Source: Oligoflexia bacterium | GTDB taxonomy: Bacteria; Bdellovibrionota_C; UBA2361; JAFLCA01 | NCBI GenBank assembly: GCA_019694465.1 | Contig: JAIBBV010000006.1 | Coordinates: 18,843 to 82,842 of the forward strand | Direction of reading: 5' to 3' | Length of the DNA stretch: 64,000 nucleotides | In this document: in pieces, positions 55,847-64,000 of the stretch | Position numbering within the stretch: position 1 is the first letter of the stretch | Layout: each line of letters opens with the position of its first letter | Notes under the pieces: model-generated | Databases searched by the model: none | Seen by the model: only the letters and a program-made list of their open reading frames with translations | What the model was told of the DNA's origin: nothing | Translations under genes and position numbers: made by a program

Positions 55847-56688
55847 TACAATCACAAGCAGCGGCGCGTGATTAAGGGCATCCAGTAGTTACTAAGAGTG
55901 CGTAATAAAATTAAGCGTATCGCTTCGCTCGTAAAACGAACCCGTCAGGCTTGCCTAGAGCATTCTTGTTGCGATTTCTAAATAGCAGTTCTGGATGTCC
56001 TCTACTTAAACGCAATAAGGTCAGACCGAGCCGTGCTTAGATGCCATTTGAGGACTAGCAAACCTGAGAGTAAGCCTAGGTCCTCATTCAATACTGGCCC
56101 AACCTCATTGCGCTTAAGATTGGTGATTTACCTAACAGACAAGTTTTACTCTAGTTGCTCTGCGGCCAGCTTCCTTGGCGGCTCACAGCACTCGCATTTG
56201 GCCGAGCAGGTTACTTCGGAGTGTATATATATAACCTCAGAACGTCCGTTCATTTGGACCGTGGTAATTGGGTCCCCAACACTTGTGGTAAAGCGCGCAT
56301 TGAATGGGTCGCATTTTGCTGCGCATTTGGCCTGCAAACTCGCCGGGTCGAGCTTAGCCGCTCCAGCAGAGATGCCATAAGAATTCTATGCGGTCGACAT
56401 AAGTCTGATCCCCATGAGGAGCTTCTGGAGCAGGTGGAACTTATTGAGGGTTTCCTTAATTATATGGAGGCTGCCGAGGATGTCGAGGTTGCGCCTAGCT
56501 CGGCTGCGGAACGAATGGGTTTTCCAGAATTAGGGGAAGAGTCCTAGCAATTTGCCATTTTGTAGGGTTGGGACGGACTCCTAAATGCTGACGGCAATAC
56601 TCACTTCATTTTGCTGCGTAATACATAGTAAATGCGCTGTTGGGCTCGGAAGAGGCCGCTAGGTGTGCCTGGTCCTAAGACCTTACCT

Positions 56689-57183
56689 TTATTTGGCCAC
56701 TGATATTGAAAGAGGTATGGCAGCAAGTTTAGGGAGCCTCTGCATTATTTGCTCTGCTTGCTCCTTGGTAAATATTGCAGTTTTTTTATCGGAGGCATTC
56801 TTGTTGACGACAACAGAATTTACCTTTGCAGAGCCGTCCACTAGTTTTGTGAACACATCTCTCAAGTGCAGCGGCATGTACATGGAACCTGACGGTATGC
56901 GCTCTTCATCAGTGTACACAGTAACTGCTAGGTCCTCACTGAAGTCTCTCATGATGGAGGAGTAATGATAGATTGGAGTGAAGTCTGTGCCTCGCACTTC
57001 GCCGTAGTTTTCAAGCGAGGGAGCTAATTTGCTATTCAGCGAATCAAGGCTAGATGGTTCTAGCTCTACAAATACCGGATCCCTATCTTCAATCCACTTG
57101 TTAATTGCTTCCTGGCCCTGGCACCCAAGGATCCAAAGGCTTAAGAAGGTAAGCGAAATAACTTTCATCCCGTGCATGCCCAA
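56689..57183 (-). CDS. secreted hypothetical protein
   Basis: Signal peptide (MKVISLTFLSLWILGC). Co-oriented, with a 3-nt gap to the upstream gene. Confidence 0.45.
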   Translation of the reverse strand: MGMHGMKVISLTFLSLWILGCQGQEAINKWIEDRDPVFVELEPSSLDSLNSKLAPSLENYGEVRGTDFTPIYHYSSIMRDFSEDLAVTVYTDEERIPSGSMYMPLHLRDVFTKLVDGSAKVNSVVVNKNASDKKTAIFTKEQAEQIMQRLPKLAAIPLSISVAK

Positions 57184-57186
57184 TTT

Positions 57187-57795
57187 CTATTTAAGCCAGA
57201 ATTCCATCACTTCCATTGGGTTGTTTTCTGAATATAGCCAATGCCCTTGTACCGCATTGGTAGAGAAGTTGGCTTCCATATGTGACATGGGAATTGCTAT
57301 ACGATTCCCTGACTGGGTTCTGAAGTTTGGAAAGTCTATTCTTCCATCTGAGACCTTTTTGAAGCTTGGATGTCCACCACCCAAAGCATTCCACAGAGCA
57401 GATATCTCCTGCTCCACCTGACTTGCGCGTTGGGGGGTGTAGCCATGTTGTGTGCCGACAAAGGCCGCAGATATTTTCTGAACATACTCTTCGTCTCCTA
57501 CAGTTATGTTTATTCCGCCAGCAAAATCAGCCCCACGCTTCTGATCAAGTTTGCTTGTAAATGAGATGGTTCGCGGGGAGTTCACTGTGCCTAACTCGCC
57601 TTCGAAGCCCACGGAGCTAAGGTAGTGATGAATGGCGATTGGGGTGCCAAGTGGATCGTCCGAGGAAATAGCGTAGCGTGCAGAGCTAAATCCAAAAAGA
57701 GCTAGGGCAGAATTATGAATGCCGGTGCTCCACCCCAACGCTAAAATCCCAACAAGTACCAATAGTCGTTTCATGTGATCGACTCGAAATTGCAA
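57187..57795 (-). CDS. secreted hypothetical protein
   Basis: Signal peptide (MKRLLVLVGILALGWS…). No motif. Confidence 0.45.
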   Translation of the reverse strand: MQFRVDHMKRLLVLVGILALGWSTGIHNSALALFGFSSARYAISSDDPLGTPIAIHHYLSSVGFEGELGTVNSPRTISFTSKLDQKRGADFAGGINITVGDEEYVQKISAAFVGTQHGYTPQRASQVEQEISALWNALGGGHPSFKKVSDGRIDFPNFRTQSGNRIAIPMSHMEANFSTNAVQGHWLYSENNPMEVMEFWLK

Positions 57796-57990
57796 ATAGA
57801 CATCTACAGTGTGGAAATCGGTTGTTTTGACAAATTACTAAACCAGGCATTCGATGCGATTATTACGCAAATTGCTTCGACGCTGAGTAAGACAGAAGTT
57901 ATAAATACGTGTAGTGATGGAAAGTTCGCAGTAAAGTTACTAAGCTTTGTGGTCCTAAATTGGATAGGGAACCTTTAGAATGTTCCGGTC

Positions 57991-58620
57991 TTAGAGTGAA
58001 CTCTTGTCCGCATTTCCAATTTGTACAAGTGTCGCTGTATCTGCTCTGAAGCGGCAAGCGTCATGTACCGAGCACTTGCGGCATTTAGTCGGATGCGGTG
58101 CTGCTTTGGCTGGCGCACCGGCAAGAATCTCATGCATTTCGTCTATCATTTTCTGTAGCCAAGCCTGACGATCGGGTGTGTTCTCAATCTTGAAGCGTCG
58201 GCAGCTGGGACCCAGAATTAAATAACCATAAGGCGGACGTTTGCCCTCAAATTCTTCCACTAAGCGCATGTAAACTAGTAATTGCGCTACATAGCGGTCT
58301 CGAATCTTACGGGCAAGCGGCTTGCGCTCAACGGGTATTATATACCCATTTTCACAAATGAGAGCGTCTGGAACCCCAGCTAATCCTTGCATCTCCGAGA
58401 CATACTTACGTACTGGCAAGGTCTTGCTGCCATCTATACTGACTGCCCCGGACTTTACATCGATACCAGCTTCCGTGCGTTTCGTCTTGGCAAAGCTGGT
58501 AACAGCATCGAGAACGATCAGAGCAGCTACCGAAATTATTAGTAACAAAACCAGATTGGTGTCGGCGGCCGCGATATCCACGAGCAAATCATATACGTAT
58601 TGACGAATCTGCTCGCGCAT
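57991..58620 (-). CDS. C-terminal portion of a Cas4-like PD-(D/E)xK nuclease (N-terminal TM helix; D…E-x-K, QxxxY and C-x2-C-x5-C motifs)
   Basis: …GVPDALICENGYIIPVERKP… (D/E/K), …RDRYVAQLLVYMRLV… (QxxxY) and …TKCRKCSVHDAC… (three Fe-S Cys). Begins 6 nt after, and in the same frame as, the TGA that ends the upstream ORF. Confidence 0.5.
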   Translation of the reverse strand: MREQIRQYVYDLLVDIAAADTNLVLLLIISVAALIVLDAVTSFAKTKRTEAGIDVKSGAVSIDGSKTLPVRKYVSEMQGLAGVPDALICENGYIIPVERKPLARKIRDRYVAQLLVYMRLVEEFEGKRPPYGYLILGPSCRRFKIENTPDRQAWLQKMIDEMHEILAGAPAKAAPHPTKCRKCSVHDACRFRADTATLVQIGNADKSSL

Positions 58621-58626
58621 CGTGCC

Positions 58627-58932
58627 TCACAGCAAAATGTAAATTGCGATGCACAAGAGCATCAGTAGAAGCAGTGCACGCGCAGCACGTCCGAAGTAGA
58701 CCGCTTCCTCATATCCTTGCGCCCATGATTTGTGCAGCGCCATGCCGCGAGTGCTGGATTGATCGTGAGTTGTTCTTACTTTTTCAATGGCTGAAAGCCG
58801 CCAAGATTCAGGGCATACTGTGTAGGCACCGATCTCCCCGGCCGAAAGTATGTATCGATTGTAGTCCGATTTGCGAGCCATGGAGTGGTCCACTAAAGTT
58901 GAAAGAACGAGCGTAAAGCATAAGGCGCCCAA
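58627..58932 (-). CDS. N-terminal portion of the same Cas4-like nuclease (motif I with the first Fe-S cysteine) ending in a TM helix; separated from the C-terminal portion only by an in-frame TGA
   Basis: …YILSAGEIGAYTVCPESWRLSAIEK… matches the Cas4/DUF83 N-terminal motif (aromatic-x-x-C-P-[RE]-x-[WY]-R-L). Hydrophobic C-terminus ALLLLMLLCIAIYILL, then TGA. Confidence 0.45.
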   Translation of the reverse strand: MGALCFTLVLSTLVDHSMARKSDYNRYILSAGEIGAYTVCPESWRLSAIEKVRTTHDQSSTRGMALHKSWAQGYEEAVYFGRAARALLLLMLLCIAIYILL

Positions 58933-59039
58933 TCAGCGCCTACTTAGAAGTTATGTTAGGTTGCGCCCATGTCGCAGCATGTGCAAATTGCTAATTTTGT
59001 GCGTGATAATATGCCGTAATTACTGAGGAAATTGGAGGA

Positions 59040-59552
59040 TTACTGAGCGCCACGCAGCCGCTGAACTATCTTCATCAAGATTGAGGAAATACCACCCACA
59101 TCCGACTCCACCTGGCTTCCCATTTGCGCGAGCTGTTGTAGGGCAGCGGCTTCCTGTTTTTGCTTTAAGTCAGGAGCTGTCCAAAGCTCGTCTTGGCGCG
59201 ACTCTGCTTGGGGTATATGCGCAGTCTCAATTATATATTGCGCTTCCGGAGCCTGATTATTTGTAAGTCTCCAGAAGGCGTAGCGTGCACAAGCAGTCAA
59301 AAATTCGCAACGGAGTGCGTAGCGTGGCTCCGAACCAACCGCCTTCACGCGAAGAATAAAATCATGTTTAGGCTCAAGTAAGAAGCTGTGACCCAATGTT
59401 TCTTCCCAAACTCGACGCGCTCTGTAGGCAGATAGCTGGTCACAGTAGAGTCCTTCGAGCGTTATTCTCTCGGGGTCAAAGCAAACACCCTCGGAGTATG
59501 CAAACTCATCAACAAGTTCAACTACCTGTGATTCACTACCGTCCTTCCCCAT
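59040..59552 (-). CDS. hypothetical protein (170 aa), upstream gene of the Cas4-like locus
   Basis: Clean ORF on the same strand. No motif. Confidence 0.4.
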   Translation of the reverse strand: MGKDGSESQVVELVDEFAYSEGVCFDPERITLEGLYCDQLSAYRARRVWEETLGHSFLLEPKHDFILRVKAVGSEPRYALRCEFLTACARYAFWRLTNNQAPEAQYIIETAHIPQAESRQDELWTAPDLKQKQEAAALQQLAQMGSQVESDVGGISSILMKIVQRLRGAQ

Positions 59553-60081
59553 ACCTCTTGAAACTCTCTGCGATTCCTACCACTTAGGTCATATATCGTC
59601 TGATTTCGATGCTGGCTTAACGAAAGCCTTTCAGGTCTGGACGTCGCTGCTCAGCATTTGCATCGATCTCATACTTAGTCCAAAAGTACTTAAGTCCTTG
59701 GAGATACGCACACTTTTGTCGCTGCTTAGCAGTAGCTCTAATGTCGCTGGTATTGAGCTTGGCAAGGATGAGATGGCTGCTAACCCAAACTGCGAGGTTT
59801 GCTCCCCACATGCCTTGTGCTATAACCCCTTGTCCTTGATGGCTTTCGGAGCCTGCCTCTCGGCACAGGTCTTTGCGACCTAGAATGGAGCTTATCGTAA
59901 CAATGTTTATGCTCTTGGTGCGGGAAGGTGGTGATCTCTTGGCTGTTCCAGATTCAGCGGGTGCGCTTTACAATACTTCCGTCGATCAGCTGGCAATGGC
60001 CCCACTATTTTTTCCGGGAAAGCCTTATCAAAAAAGTAGCAAAGCGCATTTACAGCATTAATGAACAAAAGGTGAAGTTGC

Positions 60082-60849
60082 ATGCGAGGCGATAGAGGAT
60101 TTCGAGGTAGGTCACGTAATGGTGGTGGCGGAGGCGGCGGACGCGGTGGTCGTCGTGGTGGACGCGGTCACGGCGGCGGTCATGGTGGAGGCCACGGTGG
60201 CGGCGGATACGGCGGTGGACGCGGCGGTCGTCGTCGTGGTGGCCGTGGTCGTTCCGGCGGAATGCGCGCAGGTGCAGAGAGCGGAAATCAGCGTGAGAGG
60301 ATAGCGATTGAGAGCGGATTTTTGGTTCTGATTGACCAGTTCATGTTGGCCAATCCGCAATTTATTGAGCGGTTGTCTCAGCTTATTGATTCAGATCCAG
60401 CTCAAAAGGACGTATTGATCGAAGAGTACGGTGGTTGTGTCGTCGAGCTTGAGCCTGGCACATATCGTATCGAGCGCGATCCATTCGCTTATTCTATTGT
60501 TGTTCACCCTGAAGGCGTGCGCATCAATCAAACTGAACTAAGTGAGCGGGCCAAAGATACTCAGAAGCGGTTGTTTGTTGATACACGTTGCTTGGCGATG
60601 ATTGATCGCGAGCTTCTTGACGACAGCAGCTTGCTCGAAAAGTACCAACAGCTGTGGTTCGGCGGTCAAGATAAAGCTTGTCGCGACTTGTTGCGCGACA
60701 ATGGCGGTGCTGTGCGCTATGGATTCCAGCGCAACGGAGATGAGCTTGGCGTCTATACTATCCCTGACGAGCAGGTACTCTGCTTGTGGCCAGACGTAGC
60801 TGAAAAGCTAGATGACGCCCCAGCCGAAGAAGCAGCGGTAAGCGAGTAG
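60082..60849 (+). CDS. protein with N-terminal Gly/Arg-rich (RGG/GGH/GGY) low-complexity region and a C-terminal globular domain
   Basis: The first ~65 aa are almost entirely G/R/H/Y (RGRSRNGGGGGGGRGGRRGGRGHGGGHGGGHGGGGYGGGRGGRRRGGRGRSGG). The DNA shows the matching ggY-cgY repeats. The remainder is a conventional-composition domain. Confidence 0.5.
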   Translation: MRGDRGFRGRSRNGGGGGGGRGGRRGGRGHGGGHGGGHGGGGYGGGRGGRRRGGRGRSGGMRAGAESGNQRERIAIESGFLVLIDQFMLANPQFIERLSQLIDSDPAQKDVLIEEYGGCVVELEPGTYRIERDPFAYSIVVHPEGVRINQTELSERAKDTQKRLFVDTRCLAMIDRELLDDSSLLEKYQQLWFGGQDKACRDLLRDNGGAVRYGFQRNGDELGVYTIPDEQVLCLWPDVAEKLDDAPAEEAAVSE

Positions 60850-60998
60850 CCGCGAAGCGCTCTGCTCCGTTAAGTGCTCCTGTGTGGAATTTTTCAACGG
60901 CATTGCGCCCTATGCATGCCGCGCGAGCATATTCCTAGGACTAATCTAAAAAAGCCCCGATGCGGGGGACTGTATTGCCTCGCTCTAAAAGACTATCT

Positions 60999-62753
60999 CT
61001 AGTTATTAGTTGCGCTTGGCGGAGAGAAAGTGGTGCCACGATTCCATGCATTTGGATCGCGCACGTTTGCTTTGACTATGAACTCCTCCATTTTCGGAAG
61101 GTAGTCGCGCTTCCAGAATGCGTCTTGCCAGCCATAACTCCTGTAGGTTCGGGTGCGTTCATCTCTCTCTGACAGCTTGAAAATATTTTCGCCAGGAAAA
61201 GACCCTTCTATGCCCATAGTTTCAGCTATGCTTCGGGCCACATCTACTGTGCTAACCGGGGCCTGAGAAATACTTAGGGGGCTAGTGAGAGATGCGTGCG
61301 GTGCCTTAACTAAAAGTAAGGGCATTGCTTGCTCAAGGATTGGGAATCCTGATGGTCTCTTAAAAGGCATGTAGTGTAAGGAATGCCCATGATCGGCCAC
61401 TACCAAAATCATGCTGCTATCAAAAACGGAGTGCTTTTTCATTTCTTCGAAGATTTCGCCAATTATATGTAGCGTACAAATGGCCTGATCTTCGTACAGC
61501 TCACGTTCCGAGGCGCCGACGCGTGTGACAGGACCACAACTTGGGCTGAACCTAAATGGTGGGTGAGGTAGTAGGAGATGGATAAATTTGAAAGTGGGCT
61601 GAGTCGCAGTATTACCAATAGCCCGTGCGAAACCTTCACCAACATGGAAAGAATCGAATAGCGCGCGTGGCGTTCCAGACCTAATAAAATAGCGCTGCAA
61701 GAACCAGCGCTCGTTGGCATAGAGCTGGACCTTGACTGGCTGCGGGCTTACTCGGAACAGTGCTACGTCGAGCAGCTCCATAAGGTCGCGCAATTCCATG
61801 TGCGACGTGTCTTTTGAAAGTACCTTATTCAGCGAGTAACAGGGTAGTTTTGTTCTGGCGCAAAGCTGTGGCAAGGTGACAAGTGCAGCTTGGTATCCTT
61901 GAGCGATGGCTCGCATTGGTAAGGATTCTTCTTGTAGTACGCTTTGCCAGAACTTCCTAAGAGGGAGTGAATTATCGTACTGCTTGCCAGTTAGCAAGGC
62001 CGGGATACTTGGAGCGGTAGTAGAGAAAGCTGACAACATATTTTGATAATACGTGAACCCAGCAAAGTGCGAGCGAAGGTCGGGTGATTGCTCCAGCGCA
62101 GCGTCAAAAGCGGGTGCTAGAAATGAGTCCAGTACGAACACCAGTACATTCTTTTCGGGAGAAAACTCGTATACATGCTCAATTGGGCTTGGGCGAGGCT
62201 CTTGCCAGAGCGGTACATCTTTGGAAAAGGCCTGAAGTAGTTGAACCGAGAGGGCTATGACAACTATGAACGGTGAGCTACGTCGACCAAATTGCTGCAT
62301 AGCCACTGGTCTTATCAGGGCTACCAGCAGGACGCCGACCCAGATCAAGCTATCCACATATCCAGCTAGCTTGAAATTCTCCCAAGCAATAGGCTCCCCG
62401 CTTAAAATTCCGTAGTCCCAGACCAAAAGGCTACTTTGTGCATAGGTAAGCACAACCAGCGCAACTACGATCGCAATTATGGCAATGAAAAGTCGGTATG
62501 GGAGGCAGGAGATAAGAACAGCCAGACCGAAAGTTCCAAGGACTAAAGGGACGATTGCATGCTGCAGCATGTTCCAAAAGGCCGTTCCGAATTCAGCATC
62601 GTTGGCAGCATAAATTTGAAATGGCGTTATGAAACCAATTATAAGTAGTAGTACAACTAAGTGCCCAGCAGTTTCCGCAAACCGTGCAAGGAAGGAGCCT
62701 CTATTAGTGAATCCATGCATAGGCGCGCACACTTTGGGTACCTGCATTGGCAC
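60999..62753 (-). CDS. membrane-anchored sulfatase-like hydrolase/transferase (alkaline-phosphatase superfamily; LtaS/EptA/OpgB-like)
   Basis: N-terminal ~5 TM helices, then …NVLVFVLDSF… (nucleophile region) and …MILVVADHGHSL… (metal-binding) motifs. Confidence 0.7.
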   Translation of the reverse strand: MPMQVPKVCAPMHGFTNRGSFLARFAETAGHLVVLLLIIGFITPFQIYAANDAEFGTAFWNMLQHAIVPLVLGTFGLAVLISCLPYRLFIAIIAIVVALVVLTYAQSSLLVWDYGILSGEPIAWENFKLAGYVDSLIWVGVLLVALIRPVAMQQFGRRSSPFIVVIALSVQLLQAFSKDVPLWQEPRPSPIEHVYEFSPEKNVLVFVLDSFLAPAFDAALEQSPDLRSHFAGFTYYQNMLSAFSTTAPSIPALLTGKQYDNSLPLRKFWQSVLQEESLPMRAIAQGYQAALVTLPQLCARTKLPCYSLNKVLSKDTSHMELRDLMELLDVALFRVSPQPVKVQLYANERWFLQRYFIRSGTPRALFDSFHVGEGFARAIGNTATQPTFKFIHLLLPHPPFRFSPSCGPVTRVGASERELYEDQAICTLHIIGEIFEEMKKHSVFDSSMILVVADHGHSLHYMPFKRPSGFPILEQAMPLLLVKAPHASLTSPLSISQAPVSTVDVARSIAETMGIEGSFPGENIFKLSERDERTRTYRSYGWQDAFWKRDYLPKMEEFIVKANVRDPNAWNRGTTFSPPSATNN

Positions 62754-62939
62754 CAGCTGCTGTAGGCTAATACTTCGAGATGCTTAAGTAAATTCTTGCG
62801 TGAACCGACAGCATAATTGCGATAAGATGCTGCCTGTCAGGGCCAGACTACTCCTACACTGAGTAGTACTTTTTGGGGAAATACACCATTGTCGGGAACT
62901 ATTCCTGACCGACTCAATCGATTCAGCGTCGGGTGCTTC

Positions 62940-64000
62940 GTGGCCTATGCGGGCATCGTTGCCCTTACCTATACCGCATTGTGGCAGGAAGGGCATGGAA
63001 TGGTGGTATGGCCAGCGTTTGGCTGCCTACTCTCACTATTAATCCGACTCCCACGACGAGCTTGGCCGGTCTTGATTGCGGGGGCCTTCGCTGTTCATGT
63101 GCTTGCTGCCTTGGCAGTATCCGTTTCTATCTATGGAGCTCTTGGTATTGCCGCAGCTGAGGTAGTTGCAGTTTATATCTGTGCAACACTTGTGATCCGC
63201 GAGACCGAGGGGCGCATCCATTTTGGGACCCTGCGAGAACTAGCTCGTTTCGCCGGCGCTGTCATAGTTGCCGGCATAGCTTCCGGATTGGTCATGGCCG
63301 TCCCCTCGTTTGAGCTCTATGAGCCCCATCATTTTGTATTTCAATGGGTCAATTGGTTCTGTGCCATAGTGTTGTCGGCCTTTCTTGTCGGTCCAGTGCT
63401 TTTGAGATGGGGCGAACTCTCCGAGGTACCGCCGACCTGGGAGCGAGTAATTGAATTTAATCTTTCTTTCCTCACATTACTCCTAGTCTCACTTGGCCTT
63501 TTTCAGCCAGCAGTTATGGCCTGGAGAATAGGTACTGAGTACCTCTTTGTGCCGCCGCTAATAGCAGTGTGGATTGCGCTTAGGTTCGGGGTTCGAGGTG
63601 GGACTTTGGCCACTGTAGCGATCGCAGCAATTTCTTCAATTAATTATCCACCAGCGCGCTTGGTCTTTGATTTTAGCGATCGAAATTATCTGACCTGGAT
63701 GCAGGCGTATATTGGGTCAACAATTTTGTTCTCGCTTCCTCTCGGAGTATTGGTTGCAGAACGTTCCCGTGTAGCAAAAATTCGCAAGCTTGAAACGCGT
63801 GTTTATCAGCTTATGTCTTCAGGTGCGTCGCTCGGGGCAGTACTTGATGCGTTAATTCGGGGATTAGAAAGCCATGCCTCGGATATGCTGTGTTCGGTAC
63901 TGATTTATTCTTCTGAGTCAAAGCGATTACTACATGGGGCAGCCCCAAGTTTGCCAGCCGAATATAACAATGCTGTAGATGGAGTCGAGATTGGACCAAT
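62940..64000 (+). CDS. MASE1-domain membrane sensor with a GAF domain beginning at the window edge; partial, with the 3-prime end outside the window
   Basis: Open frame (codon phase 0) from 62826 to the window end with no ATG before 62997; candidate starts are GTG 62940 and ATG 62997. …VVWPAFGCLLSLLIRLPRRAWPVLIAGAFAVHVL… is a MASE1 start; about 8 TM helices. …LGAVLDALIRGLESHASDMLCSVLIYSSESKRLLHGAAPSLPAEY…GVEIGP begins a GAF domain. Absent from the ORF track because it has no stop in the window. Confidence 0.55.
   Translation, partial: MAYAGIVALTYTALWQEGHGMVVWPAFGCLLSLLIRLPRRAWPVLIAGAFAVHVLAALAVSVSIYGALGIAAAEVVAVYICATLVIRETEGRIHFGTLRELARFAGAVIVAGIASGLVMAVPSFELYEPHHFVFQWVNWFCAIVLSAFLVGPVLLRWGELSEVPPTWERVIEFNLSFLTLLLVSLGLFQPAVMAWRIGTEYLFVPPLIAVWIALRFGVRGGTLATVAIAAISSINYPPARLVFDFSDRNYLTWMQAYIGSTILFSLPLGVLVAERSRVAKIRKLETRVYQLMSSGASLGAVLDALIRGLESHASDMLCSVLIYSSESKRLLHGAAPSLPAEYNNAVDGVEIGP

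Noticed and set aside
58618-58632. Selenocysteine insertion at the in-frame TGA of the Cas4-like gene
   Set aside because: No bacterial SECIS-like stem-loop is evident within ~40 nt downstream. The position is between two TM helices, which is not an active-site context. A pseudogene or readthrough is considered more likely, and the question is left open in the finding.
62933-63160. 75-aa ORF MLRGLCGHRC… listed in the ORF track
   Set aside because: It is out of frame with the long MASE1-domain reading frame that covers the same DNA and runs to the window end. It is Cys/Arg-rich and implausible.
1-64000. Search for CRISPR arrays, tRNA/rRNA genes, transposases and integrases
   Set aside because: No regularly spaced direct repeats with unique spacers were found. 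No GGTTCGAnnCC T-loop in a cloverleaf context lies outside CDSs. No DDE, serine or tyrosine recombinase-like ORF is present. The only repeats are the two families described.

Overview
This is a 64-kb, gene-dense chromosomal window from a Gram-negative bacterium (about 50% GC, TGA/TAG/TAA all used as stops). Roughly 60 protein-coding genes lie on both strands. I found no rRNA, tRNA, CRISPR array, transposase or integrase.

Contents from left to right:
(1) A partial flavin amine oxidase and an 841-aa secreted beta-propeller protein carrying one CXXCH motif and a Lys-rich tail.
(2) A divergent pair of operons encoding a cysteine-synthase-family PLP enzyme, a pre-ATP-grasp/ATP-grasp ligase, an M20 deacylase and an asparaginase. 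This looks like an amino-acid-derived small-molecule pathway.
(3) A glycan-modification locus: an RmlC-like epimerase, a 1156-aa GT-B / 2x SAM-methyltransferase / TPR megaprotein, a GT2 and a PQQ-type sugar dehydrogenase.
(4) A 5.7-kb segment bracketed by two copies of a 180-245 bp repeat. It holds an 883-aa orphan protein, a bactofilin and a membrane-anchored pseudokinase.
(5) Housekeeping and regulators: an EamA exporter, a tandem-fused Lrp/AsnC, a LysR/NhaR-like regulator, HPF, HtpX, TerC, a periplasmic binding protein, TrmB, UspA, Upp and a sigma-28-like sigma factor.
(6) A dedicated sulfation module (Sulfotransfer_2-like sulfotransferase plus CysD plus fused CysN-CysC) lying divergently next to a partial non-flagellar type III secretion sub-cluster (sctJ, a small coupled ORF, sctQ, a needle/rod-like gene, sctV, a TPR lipoprotein).
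(7) A regulatory knot: a pseudo-receiver with the phospho-acceptor Asp replaced by Glu, a REC-HisKA protein with no ATPase domain, and an ECF sigma factor with no adjacent anti-sigma.
(8) Envelope genes: a polyprenol-phosphate GT2 with a flippase-like partner, and a divergent lipoprotein pair.
(9) An accessory-looking block: two tandem paralogs, a cupin, two secreted proteins, a Cas4-like PD-(D/E)xK/Fe-S nuclease interrupted by an in-frame TGA between two transmembrane helices, a Gly-Arg-rich (RGG) protein, an LtaS/sulfatase-like enzyme and a partial MASE1-GAF sensor.

Small dispersed repeats with a GCGAGCAAAGCGARGC core, several strong hairpins and palindromes, and an AT-rich TrmB operator-like region are also present.

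All calls come from reading the translations and DNA by eye. No database searches were run.
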